Origin: the human T2T-CHM13v2.0 reference genome, Homo sapiens
Assembly (NCBI RefSeq): GCF_009914755.1
Contig: NC_060932.1
Reading direction: 5' to 3' (one strand)
Length of the DNA: 64,000 bases
The position numbers were made by a program, and so were the translations under genes. Shown here piece after piece: positions 16,609 through 31,130 of this stretch. The stretch's first letter is position 1. Each line of letters starts with the position of its first letter. Below the pieces are notes generated by a model. The model had not been told where the DNA came from and ran no database searches. It saw only the letters and a program-made list of their open reading frames with translations.

Positions 16609-16663
16609 CTAAATTGTATCTTTCGGAGTTCAGAGTTAGTAATAATGGCAAATATTTCATCTC
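16609..16663 (-). pseudogene. Fossil exon, 55 nt, phase 1>2: DEIFAIITNSELRKIQF
   Basis: Strong acceptor tttttcttttag, donor TAG|GTGATT; open. IITNSE motif shared with exon 6641-6897. Confidence 0.5.
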
Positions 16664-16787
16664 CTAAAAGAAAAACTATTCAGGAAAATAAATCTTGAGC
16701 ATGAAACTTCAATTTTCTGATTTCACTGAACGCGATATCGAAGATGCAAAAGCAAATAACAATTCTAAACCTTGATGGAATATTTAC

Positions 16788-16886
16788 TTCGATTGGCTTT
16801 CACCCAAAAGTGGCCATGGATTACTGAAAATATTTTCAGAGCTCTCTGTATAACTTTAATGGATAGTGGCCAAGATGCAACCGTGG
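16788..16886 (-). pseudogene. Fossil exon, 99 nt, phase 1>1: TVASWPLSIKVIQRALKIFSVIHGHFWVKANR
   Basis: Acceptor ctaattatag, donor GAA|GTAAAT; open in this frame. Confidence 0.5.
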
Positions 16887-17149
16887 CTATAATTAGTTTC
16901 TCTGTTTATACATTTCAGGCACGGTGAAATGTGTTAATAAAAAATTAAAAAGACACAGGTTTGTGGTGATTAAGTAAGATTAAGTAAATTGTTAGATCTA
17001 TATTACATTTGTGCATAAATATTCTAATGCTAACTTGAAGAATATATGAAATATTCATTAATTGAATATTCTAATCTGTTAAAATGACCTTAATAATTTC
17101 CATTCCTCAATAATTTTACTTTCATTTCAAAAAAGATTAATTGAATACC

Positions 17150-17748
<599 letters not shown>

Positions 17749-17802
17749 TGAGGGCATTTTAAACAGCAATTAATTTTCAGCCACACTGTACCATTAATAT
17801 AC

Positions 17803-17903
17803 CTTATGCAGTTGAGCAGTTATGACCAAGTTTCCACATTTGGAGGTAATTACAATTCTATTTTGACTGTTGCCTGGCTGATAGCAGTTGTAAGTTGTCA
17901 TTT
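17803..17903 (-). pseudogene. Candidate fossil exon, 101 nt (frame ambiguous: [33 protein letters not shown] or NDNLQLLSARQQSK*...)
   Basis: Acceptor ctgttttgtaag, donor AAG|GTATAT. Confidence 0.45.
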
Positions 17904-18339
17904 CTTACAAAACAGAGCAAAAATCTACTTATATTAATATTTGGGGAAATCATGTCTTAAAATTGATTGAATATAATATGTATGAAAAACAGAGGGTAAA
18001 TATAACCCTTAGCACACAATAAGCACTCTCAGGGCAAAGGCAACCTTCCTTGGTATCAAGTACTTTGGTCCCACTGGCAAGGCTATCTCAACAGATCTAT
18101 TTACCTGAACCTTATTATAAAACAGTATAATTTTTCTTTTGTTGTATTCTTACAAAAGTGCTCTTTGAAATGTTGACTGCCCTTTAATACAGGCAAAGAA
18201 TCTATTTTTCTGGGATATTTTGCATATTCAGATTCTTGTTGCCATCAATTCTAATTGGAAAATTCATTAATATTCTAACGTTGACTTTAGTCTGTGTTTA
18301 TTATAGTTGTCAAGAACCAGTCCTTCAGGGCTTGCTCAC

Positions 18340-18455
18340 CCCTTAGTCCGAATAAATATAGGTCTTTGGTCTGCAGAGTAAAAATTTGATCCTAGGACTC
18401 AATAAACTAGTTGATGATTTGCCTAAATAGAGCCTGCTCTGATAGAATCTGATTT
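18340..18455 (-). pseudogene. Candidate fossil exon (alternative donors at 18154 or 18105; frame ambiguous)
   Basis: Strong acceptor ccttttttcccacag; donors GTGAGC, GTAAGA or GTAAAT. Confidence 0.5.
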
Positions 18456-18822
18456 CTGTGGGAAAAAAGGACTGTGCCTTTCTCATTTACAATGAACACT
18501 CCCACATCTAACACGGTGCCAGGCTCAATACATTTCAGGCAAGTAAAGAAATAACCTTACTGTCATTTCAATATACAGAATTATGGTTACTTAAAAGAAA
18601 TAACTCATATTTATTTATCAAAAATGTTCTTTTCACATTTCTAAAAGTCTCACTTAAAAAGTTTGCTGGGTTAGCAATTTATTTGCTCAGAAATATTGTC
18701 TATAGAACATTCAGTAGTTTGTGTCTTCAAAAATCATCCCAAATGATTCAAAAGCAATATTTAAATTCAAAATGCAATGTTTAATATAAAATGAAAAGAA
18801 AAAAATGATCTCAAAAATTTAC

Positions 18823-18919
18823 CTTTCAGGTGTCTTATTATCCACATTTGCACGGAATATGACAAGGGATAAAAGAGCAGAGACTTGCAATGCCTTGGAA
18901 AACAAACTCCTCCTCTTGC
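18823..18919 (-). pseudogene. Fossil exon, 97 nt (two open frames: KRRSLFSKALQVSALLSLVIFRANVDNKTPE or ARGGVCFPRHCKSLLFYPLSYSVQMWIIRHLK)
   Basis: Acceptor ctttgcttttcag, donor AAG|GTAAAT. Confidence 0.6.
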
Positions 18920-19864
18920 CTGAAAAGCAAAGTGACTAATGTCCAAAGAAAATTGATGCTGATAGACAGTTTCAAGAAAAGGAAGAGTCAATCTTAGTTG
19001 CAATGGGAGTTAAAATAAAAAAAATAGCAAATAACTAGAAATATTTTTATGATGATAATGATGACATAATGATGTATTGCCATCACAACTTATGTATAAT
19101 TCTCTTATGAAAAGCTCTTTTTTCATAGAGGAAAAACCTAGAACCATAAAGAAAAGTAGAAAATAAACTCTTAAAGAATACACAATTATTTTATATGTAT
19201 TGCAACTAATTAAAGCAGTAAAAGAAGTAATATTAAATGCATGTAAAATAAGTATCATTAGCAATATTGTGGAAAGTTTATCTCATGTGTCCAAAAGTAC
19301 CATGTAAGAGGATATTTATCATAACATCTATTATGGCAGGATGGAGTAGGATGCAACTGGGGTGTCACTACCAGGAAATTAAATAAGTAAAATGTGTTGC
19401 CTCCGGATGGCATTGCATATACAGGTCAGATTTAATTATCTTCCTTACAGCAACATGGCTAGAGAGTTTGATTATAGTTAAAAGCTAAAGGTGTGGAACT
19501 ATAAAACCTACATTACACAATATCATTTACACAAATTAAACATGCACACGCACACACACACACACACAAACCAACAATATATAGTTTTCAAAGATGCATG
19601 CATATCTAAGGGCACAAATTAATTAAATTCACTGGCACATTTACTAGCAAAAGTGATGAGGAGGGGGCCAAGAAATGATGATTAACATATAATAAAACAA
19701 GACAAAGGCATTGCTAGATCAATAAAGAACATAGTTAATGAGCTGAGGGTCATAAGTACTTCAAATCTGTGCAACCAAGATAAAAAAATAAAAATAAAAG
19801 CTAAAACCTTCCAAATTGCTTCTACAATTACCATATCAGTGAAATTTTATAAGATATTGGTCAC

Positions 19865-19987
19865 CTGAATTGTTTCACCCTACATATCCAGAGAGCTCCC
19901 GGGACAAATATTGGTTTTGTAGAAACAGTTCATTCATACAGTTGTATTTCGGTTGCTTTTTTTCAGGTTGTAGAAAATTGCATTTTT
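19865..19987 (-). pseudogene. Candidate fossil exon, 123 nt (frame ambiguous)
   Basis: Acceptor aagcttttag, donor CAG|GTGACC, length 3n. One frame gives AIFYNLKKSNRNTTV*MNCF, resembling AVIYKRLNNTESSPIYL*INQF. Confidence 0.45.
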
Positions 19988-20317
19988 CTAAAAGCTTAAC
20001 GCTTTCATTATACATGGGTTGACATTATATCACGTTCTCAAAAGTGAATCAGACATTTAATATGCCTTTAATCTAAAACTCCTCTAAACTGTGTGATTTA
20101 ATTAACCAATAATTAAATACCAAATATGAGAACTTTAGGGACTAACACATTGAAGCGGTATCAGGATAAAAGATGTTTACACTGAACGCAAAGATTCTCC
20201 CCTGACTGAATGAGACTGGGAATTGCAAGCATGGCAGAGCGAAAGCCCACTGATAACAAGCTGTTTATTAAAGCATTAGCCTCCCTGAGCTTAAAGAATG
20301 TCAAAGCCTGTTCTTAC

Positions 20318-20411
20318 ACATCCATGGAAAAATAATTGCAGAGCAAAAAGGATGCTGCTTTGCATTTGTAATAAGGCAAAATGTTACTGAACATTAGATT
20401 TAAATTTATTT
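20318..20411 (-). pseudogene. Weak candidate fossil exon
   Basis: Acceptor tatttttag, donor GTAAGA. One frame contains LITNAKQHPFCS, similar to the IITNSEHRFRG motif. Confidence 0.3.
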
Positions 20412-20626
20412 CTAAAAATACTTATTTCTAACAGTTCTTTTTGATGGCCTTTTATTTTCAACATTTATCGTTATGACCTTCCATTTATTCAGCCTCTCTT
20501 CTGCTTATCTGGCTTTTCTCTTTTGCGTTATGAATTTGCTTTTTTGAGTAGCCCCATTGTCTCATTTTGTCTTGCCTATTGTATGCTGCCTTTAACATCA
20601 GTAACATGTGGCGTTCATAAGTGTCT

Positions 20627-20749
20627 GTTTGCCAAAAGGGGGATGTATCCTGGAATACACCTTTAAAGTCCAGAAGGCAAGCAGGCAAAAGATGGTTTGC
20701 CAAAAGGGGGATGTATCCTGGAATATACTTTTAAAGTCCAGAAGGCAAG
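20627..20749 (+). repeat. Direct duplication of ~55 bp, period 68
   Basis: gtttgccaaaagggggatgtatcctggaata...ttaaagtccagaaggcaag occurs twice. Confidence 0.9.
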
Positions 20750-21069
20750 AAGAGGCGAAATATGTTTTCCCAAGTGATGACAGTGAAAAATAATTAGGAA
20801 ATCTATGTTGATAAAGTTAAAAAAAAACATAGATATTAGTTAAAGTAAGCTTAGCACAGTCTTACATTAAATATGGGGAAACAGAGAGCTACAGGATTTA
20901 GGAGAACTATCCAATATTCTATAGCCAGCAACAGAGATTAAAATCCAGAAAAACACCCCCATCCCATCTCCCTGGTATAACAAAACATTATATTCTAAAA
21001 ATAAAATAATAATGGTGGTCTCATTACACTCAGTTTTTAGTGTGGCCAGGTCACTATAGAATTTGGAGA

Positions 21070-21280
21070 AAGTGGCCTAGAGTCACAATGCTTGAATTCA
21101 AATTCTGGCTTTACTACACGCCAGAAATGACTCTTGGCAAATCTCTCTGAGCCTGTTTCTGTATTTGCACAAATGTGAAACTAATCATACCTATCTCATT
21201 AGATTGTTGAGGGGATTAAATGAAACAATTCACATCAGAACAGTCCCAGGTACATGGAAATACATCTAATATACTGCTTA
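21070..21280 (+). mobile_element. MIR fragment
   Basis: ttcaaattctggct...ctctctgagcctgtttct...gattaaatgaaacaat core. Confidence 0.65.
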
Positions 21281-21306
21281 TCTTTAAAATATATTATTTC
21301 ACTTAC

Positions 21307-22017
21307 AATACATTTGCATACCAATCCCCTTGCTAATCATTAACACACACAAAAGGTGCAATCCATGTAGTTAAAAAGTGTATAAACTTGTTCTGCTGAT
21401 TATCGGTTCTTTTGTGAATTCAATAATTAGCTCATGTCTTTCCTTTCACTTTGTCTCAGGCATAGTGTTTATTAAATTCCATAAACATGCCAATAAACCT
21501 ATCTAGAACATGCTTGAGAATTTCCTCACCTTCTCATTGCCAATTATCTTCCTCTTCTCAAAAAACAATCACTGAAAATCCAAAACTCTGGATAACAGAA
21601 TATCTTAAATAACTTTATCCTCAAACCCTCAATTCCAAAAATCATATTTTATATTGAACACAACAGTCCAGCAATACTATTCCCTTAATTCTCAACATTT
21701 GTTCTTTTCATCAGTAATATTGAAATTCTTGGTTGCTTTCTGTTTCCCTCTATTGTCAGCCCTCCCTCTCTATATGTTAGAATCCCACAGCTAGACATTT
21801 CAAACATATGTTTCAACCACTTCGGTATTTGTTGAACGTTTAGTCTGCTTCCAGGAATTATTTTCATTTCAAAAGGCCAACATTTCACATTTTGCCATTT
21901 AACTTTTAAAATAAATAGCTATGAGGTATAAAAGGATCCCTTCGTATTTAATAACTACTCACTATTTAAATAATCGCCTTTCTAGCAGTCAAACAAAATA
22001 TAGATGTGTTCCTTTTC
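21307..22017 (-). pseudogene. Large fossil exon (~711 nt, several stops, at least one frameshift near 21687): EKEHIYILFDC*KGDY...KVKWQNVKCWPFEMKIIPGSRLNVQQIPKWLKHMF...GIVLLDCC...FLTTWIAPFVCVND
   Basis: Acceptor tttcattcttatag starts at phase 0, in frame with ORF 21685-21888 and with the upstream exon ending phase 0. Donor TT|GTAAGT. Confidence 0.5.
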
Positions 22018-22619
22018 CTATAAGAATGAAATATTATACTGTTTGGTTATTTTTAGCATCTAATAACCTAATAAAATTTGCTTTTATGTGAAGGTATTAT
22101 TGGAGACTCTCAACAAACTACACCATAATTCTTAATATACTGATCCCATTAGCTGGCCTTAGGAAATTTAAATATATATTTCAGATTGCTGGACAATGAT
22201 TTTTCTGGTTTCTAAAGTTGCTTTAGTTTAGCTCCAAGTTAAACTTTTGTATTTAACCAGTCACAATATTAAATAAAGAGTAAATGGGTAATGAAAAAAT
22301 ACAATTTATAAATTGTATTAAAGATCACATTATAAAAGCTATAAAACACACCTAATTTCTAAATATAATCCAAATTTTAAAATTATAGAAATTTAGCATG
22401 AGACAAAATGCTTTTCCAGAAAAATTGTTAATTTCTGAGCTAACTTAATACAAATTGCATGTTTTCTGCGTTTAGCATATGTGTGGGGGGGTATAATCAT
22501 GACATATTATATCCTAATCTCTAAATATAGCCAGATAAACTTCAGATTCAGAAGCCCACAGCTTTAAATCAGCACAAGTATGTTGTGCACAAAGACTAAG
22601 CCAGTAGACACTAATTCAC

Positions 22620-22804
22620 CCAGACAGCTGATCTTGTATTTGAAGAAAATGAGACACAATCAGGGACAGATTGAATTACACTTCTAGAAATGAAAGTAGT
22701 GTGAACACATGTCTCCTCATCCACTATGGGGTAGAAAGGTAGATCAAATATCTGGGTAATCGTGAAAACTTTGAAAGAGTGGATTCTCACCCCAACAGAG
22801 CCTG
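22620..22804 (-). pseudogene. Fossil exon, 185 nt, phase 1>0: GSVGVRIHSFKVFTITQIFDLPFYPIVDEETCVHTTFISRSVIQSVPDCVSFSSNTRSAVW
   Basis: NAGNAG acceptor (tatggcagcag), donor TGG|GTGAAT; fully open (ORF 22611-22811). Confidence 0.6.
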
Positions 22805-23117
22805 CTGCCATAAGTATATAAGATACGAAATAAAATACGGTAATAAACTATGATAAAAGTTAGAAAATTAAATAGGGATAAATAATCCAATACTATGAAA
22901 ATCATCTAACTTCTTTGAGCTTTAATTTATACAAACAAAAATAGAGCTAAGAAGATCCCTCCCAGGTTTAAATTAAAGGACACTAAAACAGTGTTGAATA
23001 GTAACAACAGAGGGTATATAAATATGTATATACACACACATATATACACATATATAATTTGAATTTATATATAATATATAAATCTCATATATATATGCAT
23101 ATATATATACCAATCTT

Positions 23118-24480
23118 TTCAGATACATAGACCAATGGAATAGGTCAGAGAACCCAGAAATAAAGCCACATACCTACAACCATATGATCTTCAGCAAGTC
23201 AACAATCACAAGCAATGAGGAAAGGGCTCTATATTCAATAAGTGGTGCTAGGGATAACTGACTACCATATGCAGTAGATTGAAACTGAATCTCTACCTTT
23301 TACCATATGCAAAAATGTACTCAAAATAGATCAAAAATCTAAATTTAAGACCTAAAACTATAAAAACTATAGAAGAAATTCTAGAAAATACCATTCTGGA
23401 CATCGACCTTGGCAAAAAATGTATGGCTACATTTCCAAAAGCAATTGCAGCAAAACAAAAACAGATTTGTGGGACCAAATTAGACTAAAGAGCTTCTGCA
23501 CAGCAAAAGCAACCATCAGGAGAGTAAAGATACAACCTACAGAATGGGAATACATCTTCACAAACTGTGCATCCAACAAAGGTCTAATATCCAGAACCCG
23601 TAAGGAACCTAAAAATTTCAACAAGCAAAAAACAAAATTACCACAAAAGACATGAACGGGCACTTCTTTAAAGAAGACATACATGCAGCCAACGAATATA
23701 TAAAAATATGCTCAACACCACTAATCATTAGAGAAATGCAAATCAAAACTACAGTGAGATACCACCTCACACTAGTCAAAATCGTTATTATTAAAAAGCC
23801 AAAACATAGCAGATGTTGGCGAGGTTGCAGAGAAAAGGGAACTTTTATAACATTGTTGGCAGAAATGTAAATTTGTTCAGCCACTGTGGAAAACAGATTG
23901 GAGATTTCTCGAAGAACTTAAAAGAGAACTACCATTCTATCCAACAATCCCATTAAGGGCATATACCCAAAAAGAAAATCAACCATTCTACCAAAAAGAT
24001 ACATGCACTAGAACGCTCGCTGCAGCAAAATTGACAATAATAAAGACATGAAATCAACCTGGATGCCCATCAACAGTGGAATGGATTAAGAAAATGTGGT
24101 GTATATACATCATAGGATACTACACAGCCATAGAAAAACATGAAATCATGTCCTTTGCAGCAATATGGATGCAGCTAGAGGCCATTATCTTAATCAAATT
24201 AATTGATGCAGGAGCAGAAAATAAAATACCACATGTTATCTATTATAAATGGGAGCTAAACATTGAGTACACATGCACAAAAGATAGGAATAATGGACAC
24301 TGAGGACTACTAGAGGATGGATGGCAGGAGATGGGGGAGGGTTGAAAAACTACCTGCTGAGTACATGCTCACTACCTGGGTGATGGAATCATTCATACAC
24401 CAGACCTCAGTGACACACAATTTACCCATGTAACATAACAGCACATGTACCCCCAAAACTAAAATAAAAGTTGATTCAAA
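23118..24480 (+). mobile_element. L1 3' fragment (L1PA15-17/L1PB-like)
   Basis: ORF2 C-terminal peptides; 3'UTR gggttgaaaaactacct...ctgggtgatgg. Confidence 0.9.
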
Positions 24481-25199
24481 AATCAACCTTTTAATTTAAT
24501 ACTATATTCATATATTTAATAAAATGATTAATGTTTAGGAAATATGTTCATGTTCAAGCAACTACAAAATACATAACATTTTGGATGTTAACATTTTATT
24601 GAATATGATAAAGCACACAAAAATTAGCTAATACTTAAGCAACTATCACTTCTCTGTAATCAAAGGCCAACTGCCACCACAAAGGGAGGTGATAGAAAAC
24701 AAAGCTTATTAAAGCATTATTAAAGGAGGACTGAAAAAATTCCAAAAATAGTTAGCAAGAAGCAGGAAAGGGGGAAGGTTAGTAGGTAGGTGAAAGAAAG
24801 AAGAAATATAAAGAGGCTCACATAATTATGAAGTTAATCCCTTACTTTACTAAATTAAAATACTTAAAATAAAATATTTTAAATTAAGTGAGTTACAAAG
24901 TTTTAGTGAAAGAAAGTAGGAACTGGAGTGTTGCGGAAGGATAAGATGGAAGCATAAGCTATCCAGAACAAAATTCCTTACATGGATCTTGTTGCAAAAT
25001 AAAAGGGCACTCTGAGAAACTAAATGGAAATTAAACATTACAATAAATATGTATTACTAAAGGTAGTTGCAGCATGGGATTGTTCAACAGTCAAGTCTTT
25101 ACAGGATTTCAAGTTTTGAACTCTTTTACCATTATAAACCACTTTGGAAAAATTTATAAAACTTATAAAAATAAACCATACTTTTATTGACAGAAGTAC

Positions 25200-26586
25200 C
25201 TCTCTCTCCCCTGAGTGGTGAGAATATTAGGACCATTAAAATCAACTCTCTTCCCTCACAACTTTTTGTTTTCTTTCTCTATTCATCCACAATAAAGCCT
25301 CAGCCCTGCTTCAATTACTTCTCTTCTCACCGTCTACTTCTAAGCAGATGGATGTAGACGAATGAAAACAACCAGCAATCACTTTAAATTTAATAACATA
25401 AATTCCACAGGCCGTCCGTGCTGCCTGGTAACTCTACAGCATTATGTTTGTCAACAAACTATCCTGCTACTAATCCAAACCTTCTCCTTATTCCTGCAGC
25501 TTTCTCTTCTTTTCTTATGGCCCAATGTCTTGTTCTGTGTTCCACTGAGAAAGCAGACACAATCATGAGACCTTCTTTCTCTCACCAGCATCAGGTCTGC
25601 CACCTCCTGACCTCTTACCAAACCCCCTGCCTCCTTCCTACTAACATGTGACCTCTATTGACCCACCCAAGCAAGATTTCTTCCATCTTTCATTATCAGC
25701 CTTTTTTCTCTCTTTTCTTGATCACTCATCAACCTAAAAATATGTGGAAATAGTATCCCATGTTTAAAACGAACAAACTAATAAACCTCCCTTCATCCAC
25801 ATTTGCCCCCAGCTATTTCCTAATTATGTCCTCCTCTTAAAGGTCACGCTCAAACATTTTTACACGCACTGGCACTGTCTCCACCTTCTTCAGTCTCATT
25901 CAAAATTCTCCCATTAGGTTCTTGCCTTCCTCACTCCACAAAAATGTTCCTGACAATCCCCCGCCATTTTCAAATTCAGGGATAAATGCTCAGTCCTCAC
26001 TTTGCCCACCCCGCTGGAAGTAATAACACAGTTGACAGTTTTCTTTCAACTTTCTATTTGTTGAAATGCCCTCCTTGATTTCCACTTGGAAATCTCTTTC
26101 CTGGTTTTCCTCCCACATTAATGCCTGCTTCTTCTCTCTGTGTTTTTCCTTTACTGACACTTTTCTTGCGCCGACATTTATTGTTAGAATGCTCAAGGGC
26201 TCAGCTTTCTATCCACACACTCTTCTTAAGTGATCCAATCCAGCCCTTCTAAGTAATCCTCTTTACTATAGTGTATAGATTATATCTACGACTAAATAGG
26301 AAACACATCCCTCCAGCCAAAGCTCTGCACCCCTCTAGACTTCCACACTGGTATATTCTTATTTATACATGATACTTCCACATGAATAACTAAAAGGCAA
26401 GTCAAATTTATGTCTGGAAACAAAATTATTGACCCAATCCCCCACAACCAACCCTCCCTTCAGTGTTCTGCATCTTAATAAAGGACACCGCTATTTACTC
26501 AGTTGCTCAAGTCAAACACCTTGGGGTCACTGATGACTTTCTCTCAAATGCCAGTTCATATATCAGCAAATTCTGCTGGCTTCAAT

Positions 26587-26640
<54 letters not shown>

Positions 26641-26672
26641 CAGACAGGCAGACAGGTAGGTAGTTAGGTAGG

Positions 26673-26735
<63 letters not shown>

Positions 26736-26776
26736 AAAGATAGATAGACAGGCAGACAGGTAGGTAGTTAGGTAGG

Positions 26777-26814
<38 letters not shown>

Positions 26815-27450
26815 TATAGATAGATAGACAGACAGACAGATAGATTTATTTGAACAATTCTTACCTCCTCCATTACTACCATCCTGAAGCAAGTTTCCAT
26901 TATTTTCCCTCTGGACTGTTAACTTGTTTCCAATAGTACATTGTAAGAGCAATTAATATATTCTTTTAAAGATACATCACATGATGTTATCACCCTATTC
27001 AGAACATTCCATGGCTTCCTATCACAATGAAAGCACAATTCACAATATTTACTTTCATACATGCAGTGATCTGGTGGCTCTGGCTCTTTCTTGACTTCAT
27101 CTCTTACCGTCAACCCCTTTGCTCACTCTTCTTGTCTACACTGACATCCTGTTGCTTCCTGTAAATCCCAAGGACAATTTTGCCTCAGGGTGTGTGTTCC
27201 CTTCTTTGCCTGGGTGGTCTGTATTCCACATATTTGCACGACTTAGTCTTTTTATTAGAATTCCTACTCATGTGTCAGACCATATGAGAGATTTCCCTAT
27301 CTAGAGAATCTAGGGAGTCACTGTCAACACTCTCCAACTCTCACATTGCTTTATCTTTTCCTCATATTGCCGAATATTGCCTTATATATTTCATGCCAGC
27401 TACACAAGGGCAGAAACTCTATTCTAGTCTATTTGGTATATACTCTATAT
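25200..27450 (+). mobile_element. L2 fragments
   Basis: Degenerate L2 ORF2/3' sequence, pyrimidine-rich. Confidence 0.65.
26587..26844 (+). repeat. Compound (GATA)n/(GACA)/(GGTA) tetranucleotide microsatellite with a duplicated interrupting block
   Basis: Direct reading. Confidence 0.95.
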
Positions 27451-30400
27451 ATGTTGAATAAGCAAATTTATGGTATAGCATTCATTGCAGCTATACATTC
27501 TTGTATATTTCTAAAACCTTTATGGACAGCAGAAAACCAGTGTTTCCGGAAATACTGTGCTTCACTTGTGTAAAATGACTTTAGTGGCTGTGGTCTCTTA
27601 ATAACACTAAGTTTGATTGAAGAGCCATGTCAAGCAATTTGGGCTTTTAGTTATTAATCTGAAAACTGAGAATGAAAGAGAAGTTGACGACTCATGCCAG
27701 TTATAGAAAATTGCTAATTTAATAAGCAACTCATTAGAATTTGTTATGGTGGCTCTGAAGTTTAATGAGCAGGAATTTTCCCTCTAATTTTTCTGAAGCA
27801 GCGAGATGTCAGTGAACTGAATTGATGCTTTAATAATTGTGATTCTTTCTCTACTTTCTTCTTCATGAGAAATTAGCCCACATAGCCTCTCAGTTATACT
27901 TACTCAATGTTGGATGTATCAGCATAAGAAATCAGGAATCATGTCCGTTACGACACTAAAATATTATCCAGCACATATTCTGACATCTTGATTTTAGTCC
28001 TGGGGTAACTAGTTCATGGTCGTACAGCTATGCATACTCATAGATGTTTAAAAAGTGTTAGTAAGCTAATAATAATAGCAGTAACTCTTGCCAAGACCTA
28101 TGTTGAGTGTTCAAAATGCTCTCTTTAATTCAGTTTCTTTAACATAGCTATTTTTTATCCCCATCTGGAAAAACCAAATCAATGTAATCATTTTTTTGAA
28201 ATTATAACTAACTCACACATGTATGTTCACTTAATAATGCTCTTTTAAAGTCATTCTTTTATATTCCAAATTAAATTTTGATAAGTTTTTCAAAAGGCAA
28301 TATTTTTCTTTCTTGTCAAATTTCAAAGATACCTTATTAATTCACCTTAATGATTATTACAGCTGAGAAAGGTGTGTTTTTCAGAATCATGTACTTTGAA
28401 GTCAGATAGAAATGAAATTAACACCAGGTCATGTGGTAGCTGTGACTGTGGGCAGTTAATCTCTCAAAGGCTCACTTTCTCCATCTTTAAAAGGAAAGCA
28501 AGTCTGCTACAGAGAATTGTGGTGTAACCCAGCTGCATATACTTGTATAAAATGCTTGACTCAGTTTATTAAGTGTTTTTTCCAATGCCATTACACTTTT
28601 TAAGATGCTACTCCCTTCCTTCTACTCCTCTTTAAAAAACACAAAAAAACAAACAACAACAACAACAAAACACTTCTTAGGGATAAACTAAATACTGGGC
28701 ATCACAAATATATTGGTAAGCAAGCCAAACTCGCTTCATTCAAAAGCACTATAGGAATCGATGCAACTATCAGTCAATGTTTTGTTCACTGGTAATAGCT
28801 AAAACATATAAAAAGTCTGATTACTTTTATAACTTTGAAATTGACATTTATTAGAAAATATTGATATTAATAGCCACCAAACCACAGATTTTTATTGTTA
28901 ATTTCGAAGCTGATCTTTTTTCCAGTTCTAAAGTTGAAAACTGTCCAAATGAAGATTAGCAGTGCCTAGTTAAGGGTTCCTTCAACACCCCTTTTTAGAC
29001 CTTATGCACCTCATAACAAGAACAAAAGCAAATTCTAATGATTTAGTTGAATATTTTTGGTGGTCAATATGTAACCTTGGTGGGGAGCATGGACTACATG
29101 GTGTTTAAGAACAATCAGTATAGGCATAAAGGGTTTTTGTCTATTTGTTAACAGGATTATGAAGAACAGGCACTTTGAAGTTTGACAGTCATTTGTGATT
29201 TTTTTCTGTATGATACATGGACTATCTATGTGACTATGTGACTATAATCAAATTACTAAATCTTTCTGAATTTCCATTTCCTCATCTATAAAATGTGTCT
29301 TGAGTAGTGATAAAAGGTAAAATGCCTGCCATATAAGAAAAATAGAGTATTACTGCATTGCAAACCTTGTCTCCGATGACTCTCAATTAATCTCATCATA
29401 GTTTTGAAGCAATTTAATAGATCGAAATGTTTCTATTTTCCTAGAGAATTATTATGCATTTGTTTTCCAAATGAATGCTGTGTTTTACAGCCCTAATTGC
29501 CTAAGTGTGTATCTAAGAGTCATTGATGTCTTCAGATTACTTGCACTGATTACATGAAATTCTAGGAAGCAGAGGTTCTGAAATAGAACATAGTAAAAAC
29601 ATCTTTGGAAAACAGTTTTTCTGAATAATTAATTCGGCATAAGGCCAATATTTTTACCCTTTTTTATTCAGTACATAGAACTTTGAATAAATTGTAATCC
29701 ATTGTAACTTTCTGAACACGAATCACTATATTTTTAGAGAAAGTCTCTCTTCCCCACCAGGATAGGAGTTGTATAAGGATAGGGATTCATTCATAACTCC
29801 TGTTATCCCATAATTATTTGTTGAATGAATAGCTTAGAATCATAATAGAAATAAATAATAGTCTAGAAATACAAAATATAAAAGAAATTTATTTTTCTTT
29901 TATTGGGCACCATGACTCCTTGCTGAAGAACCCTATTTTTCCTCCAAAATCTAGAATTTTCCCCCCCATGGTCTAATAGCTTTTAGTCTTCAATGAAATC
30001 TTATCTGTAAATTAGGAATATATCATGTATCATCATTTATCCTAAATGAGTTTTGAATTAAAAAAAATTAGATGAATCCACATCACACTGCCCTTTTTAA
30101 AACCAGAATAAAACAAAATCTAGTTCACGCTCTTTAAACTAATCAAATTTCAAACTCACTATTGGGATTCTTTTTGACAATTGTGTTTTATGTGAAATCT
30201 CTATGATGTTTAGAAAAGCCAACATTTTCCCATATGTAATATTCAATTTCACTTAAGGATGTTCTTAAGCTCTATAGGAATTAAATTATTTTCAGTGACT
30301 CTATTCTATGCCTTTTTGATTGTAGACACATGTGTAAACCTTTGCCAAGTATTTCCAGAGTTCGTCCATTTCATATTCTTAATAGCCAAGTTGAATAGGA

Positions 30401-30656
30401 CATTAGAGTTTATCAAGTCCAGTAATTCTAAGTTGGAATTTGAAGCTCTAACTCTTTAATTATAATCCCATAGCCTGAGCCAAGTTGTGGGACTCCTATA
30501 CTAGAAACCAGGTTGTAGCTAGCAATGGTAGAAGCAAACACACTGATGCGTTAAAATGATTTATTCTTATAATACTAACACTAAAGTAGTAAGCGTTTTT
30601 AAGTTACTTTAAGTATAATGTTTAGCAATGGTAATATGACAATATTATACTTTTAC

Positions 30657-30719
30657 CAGCACATGACTCTCATGTGCTTATCAGAACCAGCTGACGCTTC
30701 GTTTGATTCAAATCTCTTC
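30657..30719 (-). pseudogene. Candidate fossil exon, 63 nt
   Basis: Acceptor ttatatacttag, donor CTG|GTAAAA; length 3n. Confidence 0.35.
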
Positions 30720-30838
30720 CTAAGTATATAAACGGTTTTATTATAAATGTAAAATACAGCCAGAAATTCTTATTATTTAGAAGAAAATTTTCAGATTAAT
30801 TACAAAACTTTATGTTGTCATTTAGTCAATTCTTTTTT

Positions 30839-31130
30839 TTTTTTTAAGAGCAGGAGTGAAAGTTTATTTAAAATCTTTTTTTTAAAATTTTATTATTATT
30901 ATACTTTAAGTTTTAGGGTACATGTGCACAACGTGCAGGTTTGTTGAATAAATATACATGTGCCATGTTGGTGTGCTGCACTCATTAACTCGTTATGGCA
31001 TTACCTATATCTCCAAATACTAACCCTCCCCCCTCCCCCCACCCCACAACAGTCCCCAGTGTGTGATGTTCCCCTTCCTGTGTCCATGTGTTCTCATTGT
31101 TCAATTACCACCTATGAGTGAGAACATACA
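30839..31130 (-). mobile_element. Short 5'-truncated L1PA 3' end with a 30-nt 3' transduction
   Basis: L1 3'UTR, two poly-T tracts, TSD tagtcaattctttttt at 30823 and 31131. Confidence 0.88.

Noticed and set aside
26563-26952. ORFs with (SIYL)n repeats
   Set aside because: Translation of the GATA microsatellite.
27520-27658. Strong minus-strand acceptor at 27658, possible further fossil exon
   Set aside because: No convincing donor or frame could be fixed; left out of the exon list.
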